A program made the translations under genes and the position numbers. A DNA stretch of 50,339 bases, filler included, from Catajapyx aquilonaris (lineage: Eukaryota), in assembly GCA_000934665.2 (NCBI GenBank). It is 2 parts of 2 records of this genome, joined end to end, with 100 filler letters (N's around TTAATTAATTAA, not from the genome) between each part and the next. Parts side by side here need not be neighbours in the genome. Positions count along the whole stretch, not along the records: positions 25,225 to 50,339 come from JYFJ02005425.1; 1 more part is not named here. One strand, given 5' to 3'. Positions 48,199-50,339 of this stretch are shown one piece after another. Under the pieces are notes generated by a model that worked only from the letters and a program-made list of their open reading frames with translations, was not told where the DNA came from and did not search any database. Position 1 is the first letter of the stretch. The number at the start of each line of letters is the position of its first letter.

Positions 48199-48590
48199 TA
48201 ATTTCATATGTTATCTGTTGTGAATTATATTACATTAATTACATTCATATTTAAATGATTTTAACACTATGAAATGACTAGGCGTCAGTTATTTCAGAGT
48301 TCAAACTGTATGTGCCTTTGACTCCTGCATTTTCTGTGACTCAAGTAGTGCCTGGCAGTCCCCAAGACGATGGAAGTGTCGTAGACTGTGTTCGTCCTGA
48401 CTGAGTAGATCAGTGTGTAAATAATAGGGAAATTGCACTAAGAGCATGTGATTGGTCCGAGATTTGCAAACGAAAATGAAGAAAACAGTTTGAATTATTT
48501 TGCGCATTCGAGCAGGCATTTTTATTAATTACATTGATGATTTAAGCATTGTTGCAAAAAAAAAAAGCGGTGCATCATTTTTTTTCCAAT

Positions 48591-49934
48591 TCATTCAGTC
48601 TCCTCTTTTTCGTCAACAACTGGAAATGCGCAGTCTGCAAACTGCTGGAAAGTGGTGCAAGTGGGCTCGTTTGCTTTGAAGGTCGATCCTATAGGAGTAA
48701 AAGAATATCATAAATTAATATTGTATTATTTTTTTTGCATTATGTGAATGCTTTTTTTCGCGCTTTTTTTGTTTCCTAAAAAAAAGAGCCAAAAGTGTCA
48801 CCATGCTCATCCAGGCAGACCTTTGTCCTCTCAAACAGAGAGGACAAATTCTCATACTTCTTCTTGCATTCCTCCAGCAGGACATCAGATTCTGCCGTCT
48901 TGAAGTTGCCATCATCATCAAACTATCCATTTAAAATGCAAAAAAATAAATTTAGCCACTATTTCAAACCAACATAATTTCAAGAAATCACTCACGAGAT
49001 TCAACTTCTTCATCATGCATCTTATCAAGCACTGCAAATATACAAAATATGTATTAGACATTTTGGATTGATGACGCAGCTATACACCATTACTTTGAAC
49101 TTTATTTGGTTAACTTTTTATATATATAAAAAATGTAAGTAACTTGCCGGAGCAACTCCGTTAACTGGACCACCTTCCTCGCCGCTTCTGTCTCTGGAGC
49201 AACTGTTTATTATCTCAATATATTTGTCCAAGTCAGGACACTGCAAAAATGAAACCATAATTAGTATACCAGTTAATTAACTAGACACTATAAAGCTAAG
49301 CCAGGGAGCATAATTATACTACATGAGAGGCTCAAACTTCTGTCGGCGCCTTTGATGTTCGCGTCTCTCTGTTTGGGGCCGTTGCCATGGCTGGCGGCCA
49401 TCTTGAAGTGTGTGGAACGCCAACGAGGTATAAATAGGGTACAGGCAAAAATAGGGTCCGCCATCTTTGATGGTTTTGGCAGCCATGGCAAGAACGCGCG
49501 CGAATCAAAGATGGCGGACCCTATTTTTGCCTGCACCCTATTTATACCTCGTTGGCGTTCCCCACACTTCAAGATGGCCGCCAGCCTTGGGAACGCCCCA
49601 AACAGAGAAACGCGGANAAATCGAATGTTTGCGCCTCTTATGTAGTATATTGCTCCCTGGCTAAGACCCATACTTTTCTGGAAAAAATTATTGTTTTTGC
49701 AATATCAGTACAAAATATTTTTTTCAACAAGCCGCCGCAGGGAAACCGGGTTGCCATGGAGACCAGGTTTCCATGGAAACCAGGTTGCCAGGGATACCAA
49801 AACCTGGACAAACAAACAAACTGTGCATTTTATAATGACACAGATTATTGTGAGGTCAGAAGGTTAACACTGACCTTATCCTGCCCGTACGCGAGCACCA
49901 GGATCACGGAGAAGAGAATTGTTGCCCTGAGCAT
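48591..49934 (-). CDS. OBP-like gene G; exons 49875-49934, 49148-49240, 48996-49031, 48802-48922, 48591-48688
   Basis: MLRATILFSVILVLAYGQDK|CPDLDKYIEIINSCSRDRSGEEGGPVNGVAP|CLIRCMMKKLNL|FDDDGNFKTAESDVLLEECKKKYENLSSLFERTKVCLDEH|GSTFKANEPTCTTFQQFADCAFPVVDEKEETE*; intron 2 modelled with a GC donor. Confidence 0.83.
49302..49659. mobile_element. Second copy of the palindromic MITE, in intron 1 of OBP-like G, apparently nested in a Helitron-like repeat (~49280-49845)
   Basis: Highly similar to 46977-47328; flanks gctaagc / gctaaga. Confidence 0.85.
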
Positions 49935-50011
49935 TGTTAGCACGTCTCTTACGATTGCTGGGAAATACCAGGAGAAGCAGAAATAAGCAAGTGTTCCTCT
50001 GGAGATATATG

Positions 50012-50019
50012 CTCTTATA
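50012..50019 (-). promoter_or_regulatory. Putative TATA box (TATAAGAG) of OBP-like gene G
   Basis: ~80 nt upstream of the ATG; identical to the motif upstream of gene E. Confidence 0.45.
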
Positions 50020-50339
50020 TTAAACCGGACAAGAGACGATATGATTCAGGCGACAAGTTGTCACGTCGCCCCCAAGGACTACTGGGCGTTCAATTCATTT
50101 TGCGCCTTCCTCTTCTCTATTGGCTTTTCATCTCCTTATTTTCAACGCAATTGTTGGAGGCGGCGGCGCCCATCAAAGGTGACAAAGCGGATTCACGAAA
50201 GAGCTGCTTTGACACAAGTTATAGTAGTGTGTGTCAACCTGTCATAATATTCACTTAAAAATTATTGCCCTGATGATTCGCACGCAACTGCTTCGTTGCC
50301 AATTGCGACAACCTATTGTTGCGGTGCATTGAATTTCCA

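Noticed and set aside
46962..49986. ORFs such as MMVLAAMARTRANQRW… that occur twice
   Set aside because: They arise from the two copies of the palindromic MITE, not from genes.

Overview
Eukaryotic, most likely hexapod, genomic DNA in two blocks joined by an artificial 100-nt spacer (25125-25224), so the blocks need not be truly adjacent. Left block (+ strand): the 3' end of the GABA-gated chloride channel gene Rdl. Its last coding exon (end of the M3-M4 loop, M4, stop) occurs as three intact, diverged tandem copies about 5.2-5.7 kb apart (6317-6604, 11561-11872, 17234-17548). Each copy has its own phase-0 acceptor and its own downstream region carrying the same 17-nt element, which matches overlapping miR-87 and miR-14 seed sites. 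I found no other Rdl exons between the copies. This points to a mutually exclusive alternative terminal-exon (alternative M4) system for Rdl, with a candidate competing RNA pairing; it is the main finding. Right block: a 5'-truncated divergent ionotropic receptor (IR), an F-box/LRR gene, and an about 890-aa RIIa dimerisation/docking-domain protein with two micro-exons and CxCxGPC repeats. It also holds a tandem array of seven 5-exon odorant-binding-protein-like genes sharing an atypical 8-cysteine skeleton, with an IR pseudogene fragment inside the array. Many MITEs and Helitron-like repeats are scattered throughout. All gene models were built by eye from splice signals and reading-frame phase; no database searches were run.
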